A stretch of DNA of 42,137 bases, taken from Candidatus Latescibacterota bacterium. GTDB lineage: Bacteria; Hydrothermota; Tepidihabitantia; Tepidihabitantales; CAIPLT01. The position numbers and the translations under genes were made by a program. The stretch spans positions 1-42,137 of the forward strand of contig JAGXRL010000045.1 in the NCBI GenBank assembly GCA_018335915.1, in the 5' to 3' direction. Below the pieces are notes generated by a model. The model saw only the letters and a list, made by a program, of their open reading frames with translations, searched no databases and was not told the DNA's origin. The first letter of the stretch is position 1. Each line of letters begins with the position of its first letter. Below are positions 21,407-30,342 of the stretch, in pieces.

Positions 21407-21784
21407 AAATTAAATTATACATTATTTAGCACAGATTTTCAATTATAAAATTTCTTAATTTATTATTAATAAATCCGACGATTAAACCCGCCTCTGGTCC
21501 CGCTTTTCTCTTCTGCCTATTTTCCTGTTCCAGACCCGTATTTCAGTCCGCAATCCCGTTTTAATCCCTCTGATAAATTTTACGCCCCAACCTGTCCGCC
21601 GCTTATCGAGTGTCTCCACTAACCATCTTGCGCAGCTGCATACTCAACTCATAACTCTTAACTCTTTAACACTTAAACCTTATATTCCTTCTTGACAGAG
21701 GGGATAGCTCCCCTATGTTAAAGGATTTTCAACCTAAGAATATGGTATGTATATGATTAGATTAAATTTCCGCTCAAAAATAAC

Positions 21785-21824
21785 ATTACTGATCAGTAAT
21801 ATTTTATTCTACCTACAGGTAGAA
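21785..21824. promoter_or_regulatory. tandem palindromic operator-like sites
   Basis: ATTACTGATCAGTAAT and TTCTACCT-AC-AGGTAGAA, both TAC-N6-GTA. Confidence 0.5.
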
Positions 21825-21855
21825 ATCAAAAAAATTAAATATTTATCATTTTTCT

Positions 21856-21885
21856 TGAAACCTTTTCCATTTTTTTACGTCTAAT
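21856..21885 (+). promoter_or_regulatory. ECF-sigma-type promoter
   Basis: TGAAAC-16 bp-CGTCTAAT, matching the SigW/SigM-like consensus. Confidence 0.55.
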
Positions 21886-22175
21886 ATAGTATGGAAGGTA
21901 TATTTTTGCATTTTAAGACTGTTAATATGACACCAGACAATAAAAATTCATACCGTAATATCATTTAATTCAGGAAGCAAAGAAAAAAGTTTACAAAAAC
22001 AACTACCATATATTGTGGTTTTTATAGATGCAATACTAAAATATGCATTTTTTTGCCAATAAATTTAAGTTCTATCTGACAATTGACGAAAAAGTGCTAT
22101 ATATAATATAGGGAGGGCAGTAATTTTCCTCTCGCTATTAAAAAAGTATCAATAATAAAGAAAGGGGAAAAATAT

Positions 22176-23639
22176 ATGGACCAAAAAACCGGTAATGTAA
22201 GCCAGGACCAAAAATTAGCCGTAACTAAACCCAGGGATATTGCGGCAATTAACCTTAACTACATAAGGATGTTGCGTGGGGTGTGTAACCATTATTTGAA
22301 TCGCTTTAAAAATATCTCGGACTCCACATATTATGAGCAGGTATTTATGCTTCAATTAGCCCGACAAAGAAAACCCTTGCCCGATTCAGAAGAAGACCAT
22401 TTTGAGATTGCCCGTGATATTGACGAAAAAAGATTGATTGAACTTAAACAAGAAGCGGCAAGTGTTACTGGCGAAATCAATTTTGAAAAACTCTGTGACG
22501 AGCACAATCTTGATAAAGCGGAGCGGATAATTCTCGCCACGCTGTTTTTTAGGCGTTTTTCTGACAAAGAAGTCGTTGGCCTTGACCTGCTCAGGGTTGC
22601 CGGCTTAATAAACAACTGCGAGCCGTTACTTAAAAGCGACCTGCTTTCTTCTTCCGGTACGCTCATGAAAGCCGGCTTAATCGAGGCTGACAGCGACCGT
22701 TTTTACCGCGATAGAAAAAAGATGCCATTTGAAAAAGAATATAAAATATCCAAGAAAGCATTTAACCAAATCGCGGGCGTCCCGGAGAAAAACGACGAAC
22801 CCCGAATCAGCGGTGATGACCCTGACGACCCGCTACCATCAACTCTTGATATCAGAGAACCTGAAGTTTGTTTTGATAATCTAATCTTGCCCCAGGAAAT
22901 CATAACCAGTATTGAAGATGCTTTATGGCAGTTCGTGAACGGAGAAAAGGTTTATGAAAAATACGGGTTGGGCAGTAAAATTCCTTATGGTCGGGCTGTG
23001 GTAATGCTTTTTTACGGTCCGTCCGGCACTGGTAAGACCGCAACCAGCGAAGCGATTGCTCGCCAACTCGGCAAAAAAATTGGTTATGTCAGTTATGAAA
23101 AAATAGTCAACAAGTGGGTTGGTAATTCGGAAAAGAATCTGTCTAATATTTTCAGCGAAGCCAAAGAAAATAACTGCGTACTATTATTTGACGAAGCCGA
23201 TGCCCTGTTTGCCGAACGGATGAATCAAGGTCACAGCACGGACCGGATGTATAATAATATGGCGAATATTTTGATGCAGGAATTGGAGCGGGCCGCATCG
23301 CTGGTGATTTTAACGACCAATCGTGAAGTCGTGATTGACAAGGCATTTGAGCGAAGACTGCTCTTAAAATTAAAATTCGACTTACCCCCAGCTCCAGAAC
23401 GGGAAAAAATCTGGGAAGTATTCTTAAAAGACTGCCCTAAGCTAAGTCCGGATGTCTCGTTTGAAGAACTCGGAAATTTTGAACTTGCTGGCGGCAAGAT
23501 TAAAAACATTGTGCTTAAGGCGGTAATGAAATGCGCAAAACAAGACCGACCTATTACCCAGGCCGACCTGCTCGCCTATGCCCGACAAGAAACTCAAAAC
23601 AGACTGACCGGAGAAAAAAATATCGGATTTAAAAACTAA
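22176..23639 (+). CDS. AAA+ ATPase with probable N-terminal winged-helix region
   Basis: GPSGTGKT, KWVGNSEK pore loop, LLFDEAD, TTN, AFERR, C-terminal IGF; SD AAAGGGG. Confidence 0.92.
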   Translation: MDQKTGNVSQDQKLAVTKPRDIAAINLNYIRMLRGVCNHYLNRFKNISDSTYYEQVFMLQLARQRKPLPDSEEDHFEIARDIDEKRLIELKQEAASVTGEINFEKLCDEHNLDKAERIILATLFFRRFSDKEVVGLDLLRVAGLINNCEPLLKSDLLSSSGTLMKAGLIEADSDRFYRDRKKMPFEKEYKISKKAFNQIAGVPEKNDEPRISGDDPDDPLPSTLDIREPEVCFDNLILPQEIITSIEDALWQFVNGEKVYEKYGLGSKIPYGRAVVMLFYGPSGTGKTATSEAIARQLGKKIGYVSYEKIVNKWVGNSEKNLSNIFSEAKENNCVLLFDEADALFAERMNQGHSTDRMYNNMANILMQELERAASLVILTTNREVVIDKAFERRLLLKLKFDLPPAPEREKIWEVFLKDCPKLSPDVSFEELGNFELAGGKIKNIVLKAVMKCAKQDRPITQADLLAYARQETQNRLTGEKNIGFKN

Positions 23640-23651
23640 CAAATAAAGCAA

Positions 23652-23680
23652 GTAGCCGCAGACTGTTTATCTGCGGCTAC
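23652..23680. terminator. GTAG-type REP-like palindrome / bidirectional terminator
   Basis: GTAGCCGCAGA-CTGTTTA-TCTGCGGCTAC between convergent genes. Confidence 0.75.
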
Positions 23681-23697
23681 AATTTGTTTACGATTAG

Positions 23698-24336
23698 TTA
23701 TTCATCTAGATTAAAGTTTATTATCGTTTTTGTATTTGAAAGAGGTCTCATCCTTTTTATTCTACCATAATTCATAAATCCAAAATAATCGTAAATTGCC
23801 GGCCATATATTTTTTACCATAGAAAAAATTTTGTGATTATTCTTGGCATCATCATCAGTGATTAAAACATAATACGGTTTTTTACCCAAAACTTCTTTAA
23901 ACATTTTTCTTTGTTTATATGTCCCGATAACTTTGCCACCATCGCTGAAAGGAAAACCTAAGCTGGTTAGTCTCTTTTTATTTGAAGCACACAAATCTTT
24001 GCCAATTACAATAAAACGTTTCATTTGTTTTGTATAATGTTCCGATTTAGTCTTTATCAATTTATCTATTGATGCAGTTTCAAATTCGAAGATGATATTA
24101 TATTTAGTAGTTGTTATTATAGCATCTGGTTCGCCCCTTCCTTGTTTTCCTCGACCAAATGAAGGGAATAAAAATATATATTGGACTAATTCTTTCTTCA
24201 GTTTATTTTTAATATCCTTATTAGTCCAATCAATATTGAATAGAAAATCAGAAATTTTAGATTTTTCAACCAAATCACGAAAAAATGTAAATGTGATTCC
24301 GTTTTCTCCGAATGGGTATAATTTTGTATCTAACAT
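23698..24336 (-). CDS. hypothetical protein, possible PD-(D/E)XK-type nuclease
   Basis: GENGIT helix, GEPDAII...IIFEFET motif; visibly AT-rich gene. Confidence 0.6.
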   Translation of the reverse strand: MLDTKLYPFGENGITFTFFRDLVEKSKISDFLFNIDWTNKDIKNKLKKELVQYIFLFPSFGRGKQGRGEPDAIITTTKYNIIFEFETASIDKLIKTKSEHYTKQMKRFIVIGKDLCASNKKRLTSLGFPFSDGGKVIGTYKQRKMFKEVLGKKPYYVLITDDDAKNNHKIFSMVKNIWPAIYDYFGFMNYGRIKRMRPLSNTKTIINFNLDE

Positions 24337-24338
24337 CT

Positions 24339-24914
24339 TTACTCCTTTCTAAAGTAATTCTTATTTTCTTTTATCTCTCTTCCCTCTTCCAAAACTGCTG
24401 CGGTCCAGGTATCGGCAAAGGTTAAGAGAAGTGTTAATGGACATTCCCGATGAGCAATAAATTTATTTTCTACTATATATTGCCCGTCGTGATATAAAAT
24501 CGCTTGCGCTTCTTCATCACTTAATGGTATATATTTCGTCACCAGGTATAAACTTCTATTTGCGATTGACATTTCTACCTGGTCTGTATTATAAGCATAA
24601 CCATCTTTAGTCTTTTTATATCTCGGTGCCCAGGGCATACCGATTTTTCCGACATCGTGAAACAGCGCGACAATAACACAACTCTCTTCGGATAATGCAG
24701 GCGCTAATAATTCACGCAGTTTTAGCAAAGTCTTGGCAACACCGACCGAATGCATTAATAATCCCTTTTCAACACTCATATGATACCTGACACTCGCCGG
24801 CGCATCTAACCAGGTTGTTTTAGTTTCTAAAAATTGTATGAATTGGTCAAACTCTTTTTTTCTCTCTATAACCTTTGTTTTAAGCTCTTCATATTCTTTT
24901 TCTAATTCAGTCAT
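24339..24914 (-). CDS. HD-domain phosphohydrolase
   Basis: APASVRYH, GLLMHS, ALFHDVGK, AILYHDG, FAD. Confidence 0.9.
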   Translation of the reverse strand: MTELEKEYEELKTKVIERKKEFDQFIQFLETKTTWLDAPASVRYHMSVEKGLLMHSVGVAKTLLKLRELLAPALSEESCVIVALFHDVGKIGMPWAPRYKKTKDGYAYNTDQVEMSIANRSLYLVTKYIPLSDEEAQAILYHDGQYIVENKFIAHRECPLTLLLTFADTWTAAVLEEGREIKENKNYFRKE

Positions 24915-25037
24915 TTTCGACCACCTTTTCCTTTAACAATCATATATAACCTTACCCGTAATTTTTTAACTGTCAATATGTTAATTTATCATATTGACTT
25001 TTATTTTTCTCAATATATCCTTTGTCAAGCGGATTTG

Positions 25038-25066
25038 TTCTGTGTTAATCAGTGTGATCCGTGGTT
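25038..25066 (+). repeat. ~9-bp-period repeat arm
   Basis: TTCTGTGTTAATCAGTGTGATCCGTGGTT. Confidence 0.65.
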
Positions 25067-25137
25067 AAAAATATGAGATTTGCCCGATGTTTGACCGGTA
25101 TTCTGAAAATGATATTGGGTGAGCGGCTTTAATTAAA

Positions 25138-26166
25138 ATGAATAATATTCTACACTGGCTTTTAGAAGAAAATAATCCTTCAATACGATATTTCACCTTA
25201 AAAGATTTATTAAATAAAAAAGAAAGCAGTTTTGAATTAATTAAACTAAAATCGCAAATTCTGAACTCTAAGATTATTTCAAAAATATTTGCTGGACAAA
25301 ATACAAAAGGATACTGGTTAAATCCGAATAGTCCGTATCTGCCTAAATATAAATCTACATATTGGACAATTATGTTGCTTGGTTATTTGGGAATCGACCG
25401 AATTGATAAACGTGTTCAAAGAGCCTGCGAATATATCCTTAAATTTCAACATGAACAAGGCGGGTTTATGTCAGAAACTCGGCAAACTTTATTACGGCAA
25501 TATGAGTGGCATCTGAAACGGAAAAAGAAATTACCGGAATTTAATGAATGGGTTAATAAAATGCTTCACGATTCTCAGTCTTCCTGTCTGACCGGCAATA
25601 TCTCTGCGGCATTAATCCGGCTCGGTTATCAGAATGACCCAAGAGTTAAAAAAACATTGTACTGGTTAACCAAGATACAAAATCAGGATGGTGGCTGGTT
25701 ATGTCCTTATTGGTCGGCTCACATTAAAGATACGCACGGATGTTTTGATGGCACAATCTGCTCTTTAGAAGCATTCAGCGAAGTGCCTCAAGAAAACAGA
25801 ACAGAAGAAATGGAACGAACCATTAAGCGAGGCGCTGAATTTTTATTAATGCACAATCTTTATAAAGTAGACCATCATGGTTATAAAACCATAAATAAGA
25901 AATGGTTCTTGCTAAGTTATCCATGGTTTTATACTTATTCGATTTTACGAGGATTAGATGTCTTAACCAAACTTGGCTATACTAATGATAAAAGATTAAA
26001 CGATGCGGTTGAAGTTTTGCTCGCCAAACGCAAGAAAGAAGGCTGTTGGACACTTGAAAACACGCCAACTTCGAGAATGCAGGCAAATATCGAGACAAAA
26101 GGGAAACCGAGCAAATGGATAACTCTAATTGCTCTTAGAGTGTTAAAGCGATTAAATAGATTTTAA
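25138..26166 (+). CDS. prenyltransferase/squalene-cyclase repeat (alpha/alpha toroid) protein
   Basis: QW-like repeats (QNTKGYW, QHEQGGF, QNQDGGW), KPSKWITL C-terminus. Confidence 0.8.
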   Translation: MNNILHWLLEENNPSIRYFTLKDLLNKKESSFELIKLKSQILNSKIISKIFAGQNTKGYWLNPNSPYLPKYKSTYWTIMLLGYLGIDRIDKRVQRACEYILKFQHEQGGFMSETRQTLLRQYEWHLKRKKKLPEFNEWVNKMLHDSQSSCLTGNISAALIRLGYQNDPRVKKTLYWLTKIQNQDGGWLCPYWSAHIKDTHGCFDGTICSLEAFSEVPQENRTEEMERTIKRGAEFLLMHNLYKVDHHGYKTINKKWFLLSYPWFYTYSILRGLDVLTKLGYTNDKRLNDAVEVLLAKRKKEGCWTLENTPTSRMQANIETKGKPSKWITLIALRVLKRLNRF

Positions 26167-26178
26167 ATAGTTGCTATA

Positions 26179-27711
26179 TTAAATTTTAAATCTAAATTTA
26201 CTTTTAAAGTGGCGTAAGGATAATTCTCGGCCGTACAAGACTTCGACCCCGGGAATTTTATCCTGATTGTCATACAAGCATTTTATTGACTCGGCAACTG
26301 ATAATAAATCCTGGTCTTCATACACGAGTCTTGGCACGGCCGCCCGCACATAATTTACTCTGGGCACAGGCGGAATTTCCTTGCCTTCTTGATATTTGCC
26401 AAACGCATAAATGCCGAGCTCGCAGAGTCGGTGCCCGCTAATAAGCATTAAGGCAACAAACGCGACCCCTTTAAAATCCTTATCTTCGGCATTACCCTTA
26501 AAAAACTTGTCCATATCCAGATACACGCCATGCCCGCCAATCGGCCGGATAATCGGAATTGAGTATTCAATCAGTTTTGCCCCGAATTTCTCAATCTGCC
26601 GAATCCGGTGTTCTAAGTATTCTTGTTTGACAACTGTTTTTAAACCTTCAACCAGCCCCTTTAAATCCCGACCTGCTAATCCGCCATAAGTCGGATGTCC
26701 TTCAACAAGAATCTGATGGTCATTGAGCCGTTCGGAAAAACCCGGAAATTTCTGAGTAAAGATACTTTCTTGTTTAATCACAATCGCGCCGCCCATATTA
26801 ACCAAACCGTCTTTTTTAAAACTGGCATGAAACCCGTCACAATAATTAAAAGTCTCTTCGACAATTTCCGCAATCGTTTTGTTCTGATAACCTTCTTCTT
26901 TCTGTTTAATAAACCAGGCATTTTCCGCAAAACGGCTCGCATCTACGAAAAACGGTATCTTTTTTGCTTTGGTGATTTTTCGAATCTCCCGGATATTTGC
27001 CATTGACACGGGCTGGCCGCCAATCGTATTATTGGTAATCGTTAGATACACGACCGGAATCTTGTCTTTGTGTTTTTCAAGCAGTTCAGTCAATTTATTA
27101 ATATTGATATTACCCCGAAACGGAAAGCTCTCGTTATTATCAAGGTGTTCTGAACAGGGCAGATTTTTCGGCTGCATCTGATTATGTTCAATATTTGCCT
27201 GGGTCGTGTCAAAATGGGCATTGCTCGGAATAATAATCTGTTCTGGATTGACGCCTGTTTTTTCCATCTCCTGTCGTAACAGAGTGAACAAAGCGTTTTC
27301 AGCTGCCCGCCCCTGATGAAAGATAAATAAATTTTCTTTGTTCTTATCAATCTGTGCCCAGGCCGGACCAAAGGTTTTGGTTATCTGGTCTTTAAGTTCA
27401 AAATATCCCTGATTAGAGCCATACGCCTCATCACCTAAAAGCAGTTGTGACCATTGTTCCATAGTCATGGTGGTCGTGCCTGAATCAGACAGCAAATCGC
27501 AACCAGGTATCATATGTGCCGGAAACATAAACGCATTAAGACCGTTCTCTTCGACAATATTTTGTCGCTGGTCAAAATCCTTCATCGCGCAATTTCTGAA
27601 CCGGACTGCGGCATTGCGATATGGTCTGGGTGCAAAATATCTGGGCACCGTAGCGCTTCGGTCTAAAAGTTTTTTAAACTCACCAATAAAAAAATCGATT
27701 TGATTTGCCAT
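26179..27711 (-). CDS. tnaA: tryptophanase (beta-eliminating lyase)
   Basis: DLLSDSGT, GDEAY, HQGRAAE, FDTT, SFKKDG (PLP Lys), TYGGLAGRD; LRHF near the C-terminus has His as in tryptophanase, not Phe as in tyrosine phenol-lyase. Confidence 0.85.
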   Translation of the reverse strand: MANQIDFFIGEFKKLLDRSATVPRYFAPRPYRNAAVRFRNCAMKDFDQRQNIVEENGLNAFMFPAHMIPGCDLLSDSGTTTMTMEQWSQLLLGDEAYGSNQGYFELKDQITKTFGPAWAQIDKNKENLFIFHQGRAAENALFTLLRQEMEKTGVNPEQIIIPSNAHFDTTQANIEHNQMQPKNLPCSEHLDNNESFPFRGNININKLTELLEKHKDKIPVVYLTITNNTIGGQPVSMANIREIRKITKAKKIPFFVDASRFAENAWFIKQKEEGYQNKTIAEIVEETFNYCDGFHASFKKDGLVNMGGAIVIKQESIFTQKFPGFSERLNDHQILVEGHPTYGGLAGRDLKGLVEGLKTVVKQEYLEHRIRQIEKFGAKLIEYSIPIIRPIGGHGVYLDMDKFFKGNAEDKDFKGVAFVALMLISGHRLCELGIYAFGKYQEGKEIPPVPRVNYVRAAVPRLVYEDQDLLSVAESIKCLYDNQDKIPGVEVLYGRELSLRHFKSKFRFKI

Positions 27712-27713
27712 AT

Positions 27714-28739
27714 TTATTTCTTTCTGGTAAGATTCATAACATCTTTTACTTCAGACAAAGTTGCCTGAGCAACTTTTTGTGCTTGATTAGCGCCGCTCGA
27801 CAAAATGTCATATATCAAATCGGTTTGCTGTTCCAGTTCTTTTCTCTTATCGCGGATTGGTTTTAAAGCCTGATTCATTTTTTGGGCGAGCTGCATTTTA
27901 CAGTCAACGCAACCCCTTGAACCTTCTTCACACTCTTGCCGCACGACCGTAACTGCTTCCTGATTATAAATCTTATGAAAGGCAAAAACAACGCAGCCGT
28001 CTGGGTGTCCTTGGTCAGTTTTACGAATCTTGACCGGGTCAGTAAACATGCTCTTTATCCGGTCCAGGGTTTCCTGTTCTGAATGAATTAGCGCAATATA
28101 ATTGCCCGCGCTCTTGCTCATTTTCTTATTAACATCATCCGTACCGGGAATTTTCGGCACTTCAGTCATTAAGACTTCAGGCAGGGGAAAAACATTTTTC
28201 TGATACAGGTTGTTAAACCTGCCCGCAATATCCCTGGACAGATTGACATGTGATTCCTGGTCTTTGCCAACCGGCACATAATTCCCTTTGTAAGCCAGGA
28301 TATCTGCGGCTTGTAAAGTCGGATAACCTAAAAGACCATAGGTCGGATATTCAATCTTATAGTCCTTTAACATTTCCCGGTAGGTCGGATTGCGCTCAAG
28401 CCAGCCTAAGGGTGTTATCATTGAAAGCAGAAGATATAACTCAGCAACTTCAGGCACGTGAGACTGGACAAAAATCGTGCATTTTTTCGGGTCGAGCCCG
28501 CCCGCAATCCAATCAATCACCATCTGTTTGATGTTATTCTGCAGACCTTTGGTGTTCTCATAACCGACCGCATCACCAAACCCCGGGGTTGTTAAAGAGT
28601 GCCAATCAACAATAAAATAAAAACAGGTATATTTTTCCTGTAGTTTAATCCAGTTGTGCAGGGCGCCGAAAATATTGCCGAGATGTAAACTGCCGGTCGG
28701 CCGCATGCCGCTCGTTATAATCTTTTTGCTTTCGCTCAT
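27714..28739 (-). CDS. trpS: tryptophanyl-tRNA synthetase
   Basis: SGMRPTG.LHLGN, YPTLQAADIL, VPVGKDQ, KMSKS. Confidence 0.98.
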   Translation of the reverse strand: MSESKKIITSGMRPTGSLHLGNIFGALHNWIKLQEKYTCFYFIVDWHSLTTPGFGDAVGYENTKGLQNNIKQMVIDWIAGGLDPKKCTIFVQSHVPEVAELYLLLSMITPLGWLERNPTYREMLKDYKIEYPTYGLLGYPTLQAADILAYKGNYVPVGKDQESHVNLSRDIAGRFNNLYQKNVFPLPEVLMTEVPKIPGTDDVNKKMSKSAGNYIALIHSEQETLDRIKSMFTDPVKIRKTDQGHPDGCVVFAFHKIYNQEAVTVVRQECEEGSRGCVDCKMQLAQKMNQALKPIRDKRKELEQQTDLIYDILSSGANQAQKVAQATLSEVKDVMNLTRKK

Positions 28740-28997
28740 ATAATCTCCATCTAATTAAAATTTATTGACGATACAGCTATTATTATCTAAATGTCGTTAA
28801 TTCAATATTACATCTTATCTACAAAATGTCAACCCCGCACCTTTTGGTGTTTAGGGATTTAATGTGTAACTGAATTATAATAGAAGACTGTTTGTAATTC
28901 GTTTCTTTATTGACAAAGTGATTTTTGTCGCTTGACTTTGTTTTAAAAATCCTTGACATCTAAATTTTTTTAGTTACTTTTATTAAAAGGAGTATTT

Positions 28998-29444
28998 ATG
29001 AATATCTGGCTGATTAGCATGATTGTTGTTACGCTGATTATTGTCGGATTAGCCGTCTTTATGGCAATCCGCGTGCGCAAACGGCGGGAAACTCCAAATT
29101 ACCGGGGCTGGTTCTATATCGGCATCTGCTGGATTCTATTGGGTATCGCTACGAAAAATCCGTTTTTCTATATTATGAGCGCCGCGTTCGTCATTATCAG
29201 ATTGGCAAATAAAGACAAGTGGCGGGAAGAGAAAACATGGGCGGATTTGTCGCCGGCGGAAAAGAAATTAAAAATTATTCTTATAAGTGTAAGTGTTGTT
29301 CTGCTTATTACATCAGTCGTTTTTTTATCCGCCATCAGATTGCTATTTAAGATAAAAATGTTACCACGAATTATGCAAATTATTCGTTTTGTTACCTTTG
29401 ATTTTTATTCGTGTAATTCGTATATTCGTGTCATTCGTGGTTAA
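28998..29444 (+). CDS. small membrane protein; 3' end runs through a repeat element
   Basis: SD AAAGGAG; several hydrophobic helices. Confidence 0.75.
   Translation: MNIWLISMIVVTLIIVGLAVFMAIRVRKRRETPNYRGWFYIGICWILLGIATKNPFFYIMSAAFVIIRLANKDKWREEKTWADLSPAEKKLKIILISVSVVLLITSVVFLSAIRLLFKIKMLPRIMQIIRFVTFDFYSCNSYIRVIRG
29361..29442. repeat. two-armed ~9-bp-period inverted repeat element
   Basis: ACCACGAATT left arm; ATTCGTGTA ATTCGTAT ATTCGTGTC ATTCGTGGTT right arm. Confidence 0.8.
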
Positions 29445-29469
29445 GAAATATTTGTAAAAGGAGCATAAA

Positions 29470-30330
29470 ATGTGTGAATTTTGTCAGGAACATGGTGAAG
29501 GAAAAAAATGGTATTTGCAGATGAAGAATTATTCACGCGAACTCTTGCGCGAAGAACTGACTCCGGAACAGCAGCAAATTGTCGGCAAGCGCACCCGCCG
29601 GGAATGGGTAATTGATTTTTTTAGAACATTTTCGTTTCATCCGCCAAAAGAAGAAAACAAAGCCGAGGAAGTACCGCATGTAATCCAGCCGCCCAAAACT
29701 CCAAAAACTGAAGACCAGATTGTTTATGAGTCCAAGGTCGAGCATTTTGGTCAGGTTCTGCCGATTGAAGATGTCGAGCAGGTGATTGATATGGTCAATA
29801 ATATTACCCGTCTGCCTTGCGGCTGCCGTTATTATACAACCGGCAAACCAGACGAGCGATATTGTTTTGGCGTTTCAGTCGGTCCGCTCGGCACTCAAGG
29901 AACCCAACCCGATTCGTCATTTGAAGTGCTCACTAAAGACGATGCCAAAAAACTGTTCCGCAAATTTGACCACGAAGGTTTGATGCATTCGATCTGGACC
30001 GGCGTATCGCCATTTGTAATCGGTATGTGTAATTGCGACCATGATTGCGCTGCTTATCGCGGTTATATTGTGCGGAACGGGGCACCCAATTTTTTCCGGG
30101 CTGAATATATTTGCGAGACCGATTGGGATAAGTGTACTGGTTGTAAAAAATGCATGCAGCAGTGCCAGTTTAATGCGATGTATTATTCTTCATCTAATAA
30201 AAAAGTCTATATCAATCCGACTAAATGCTTTGGCTGCGGTGTCTGCCGTACTGCCTGCAGTAAAAATGCGATTAATCTAATATCAAGAGAACAAAACAAA
30301 GAAGCAGCAAATCTCTGGCTCAAGAAATAA
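29470..30330 (+). CDS. 4Fe-4S ferredoxin-domain protein
   Basis: MCEFC..HGEGKKWY start, CGCR, CNCDHDC, two CxxCxxCxxxC motifs. Confidence 0.9.
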   Translation: MCEFCQEHGEGKKWYLQMKNYSRELLREELTPEQQQIVGKRTRREWVIDFFRTFSFHPPKEENKAEEVPHVIQPPKTPKTEDQIVYESKVEHFGQVLPIEDVEQVIDMVNNITRLPCGCRYYTTGKPDERYCFGVSVGPLGTQGTQPDSSFEVLTKDDAKKLFRKFDHEGLMHSIWTGVSPFVIGMCNCDHDCAAYRGYIVRNGAPNFFRAEYICETDWDKCTGCKKCMQQCQFNAMYYSSSNKKVYINPTKCFGCGVCRTACSKNAINLISREQNKEAANLWLKK

Positions 30331-30342
30331 GCAAAAAAAATG

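Noticed and set aside
21598-21608. 11-bp match (GCCGCTTATCG) to copy 2 of the duplicated element
   Set aside because: It does not extend on either side and is expected by chance at this length.
21732-21770. dif-like site
   Set aside because: Arm similarity is weak and spacing does not fit the 11-6-11 layout.
22176-23639. Contractile injection system suggested by the Afp15-like ATPase architecture
   Set aside because: No tube, sheath or baseplate genes in the window.
25138-26166. Squalene-hopene cyclase feeding the MMPL operon
   Set aside because: Single domain of 342 aa, no DXDD motif, and 7 kb from the transporter.
28910-28958. Three TTGAC motifs spaced 21-22 bp
   Set aside because: TTGAC is common in these promoter regions; only the last has a plausible -10, and nothing else supports a function.
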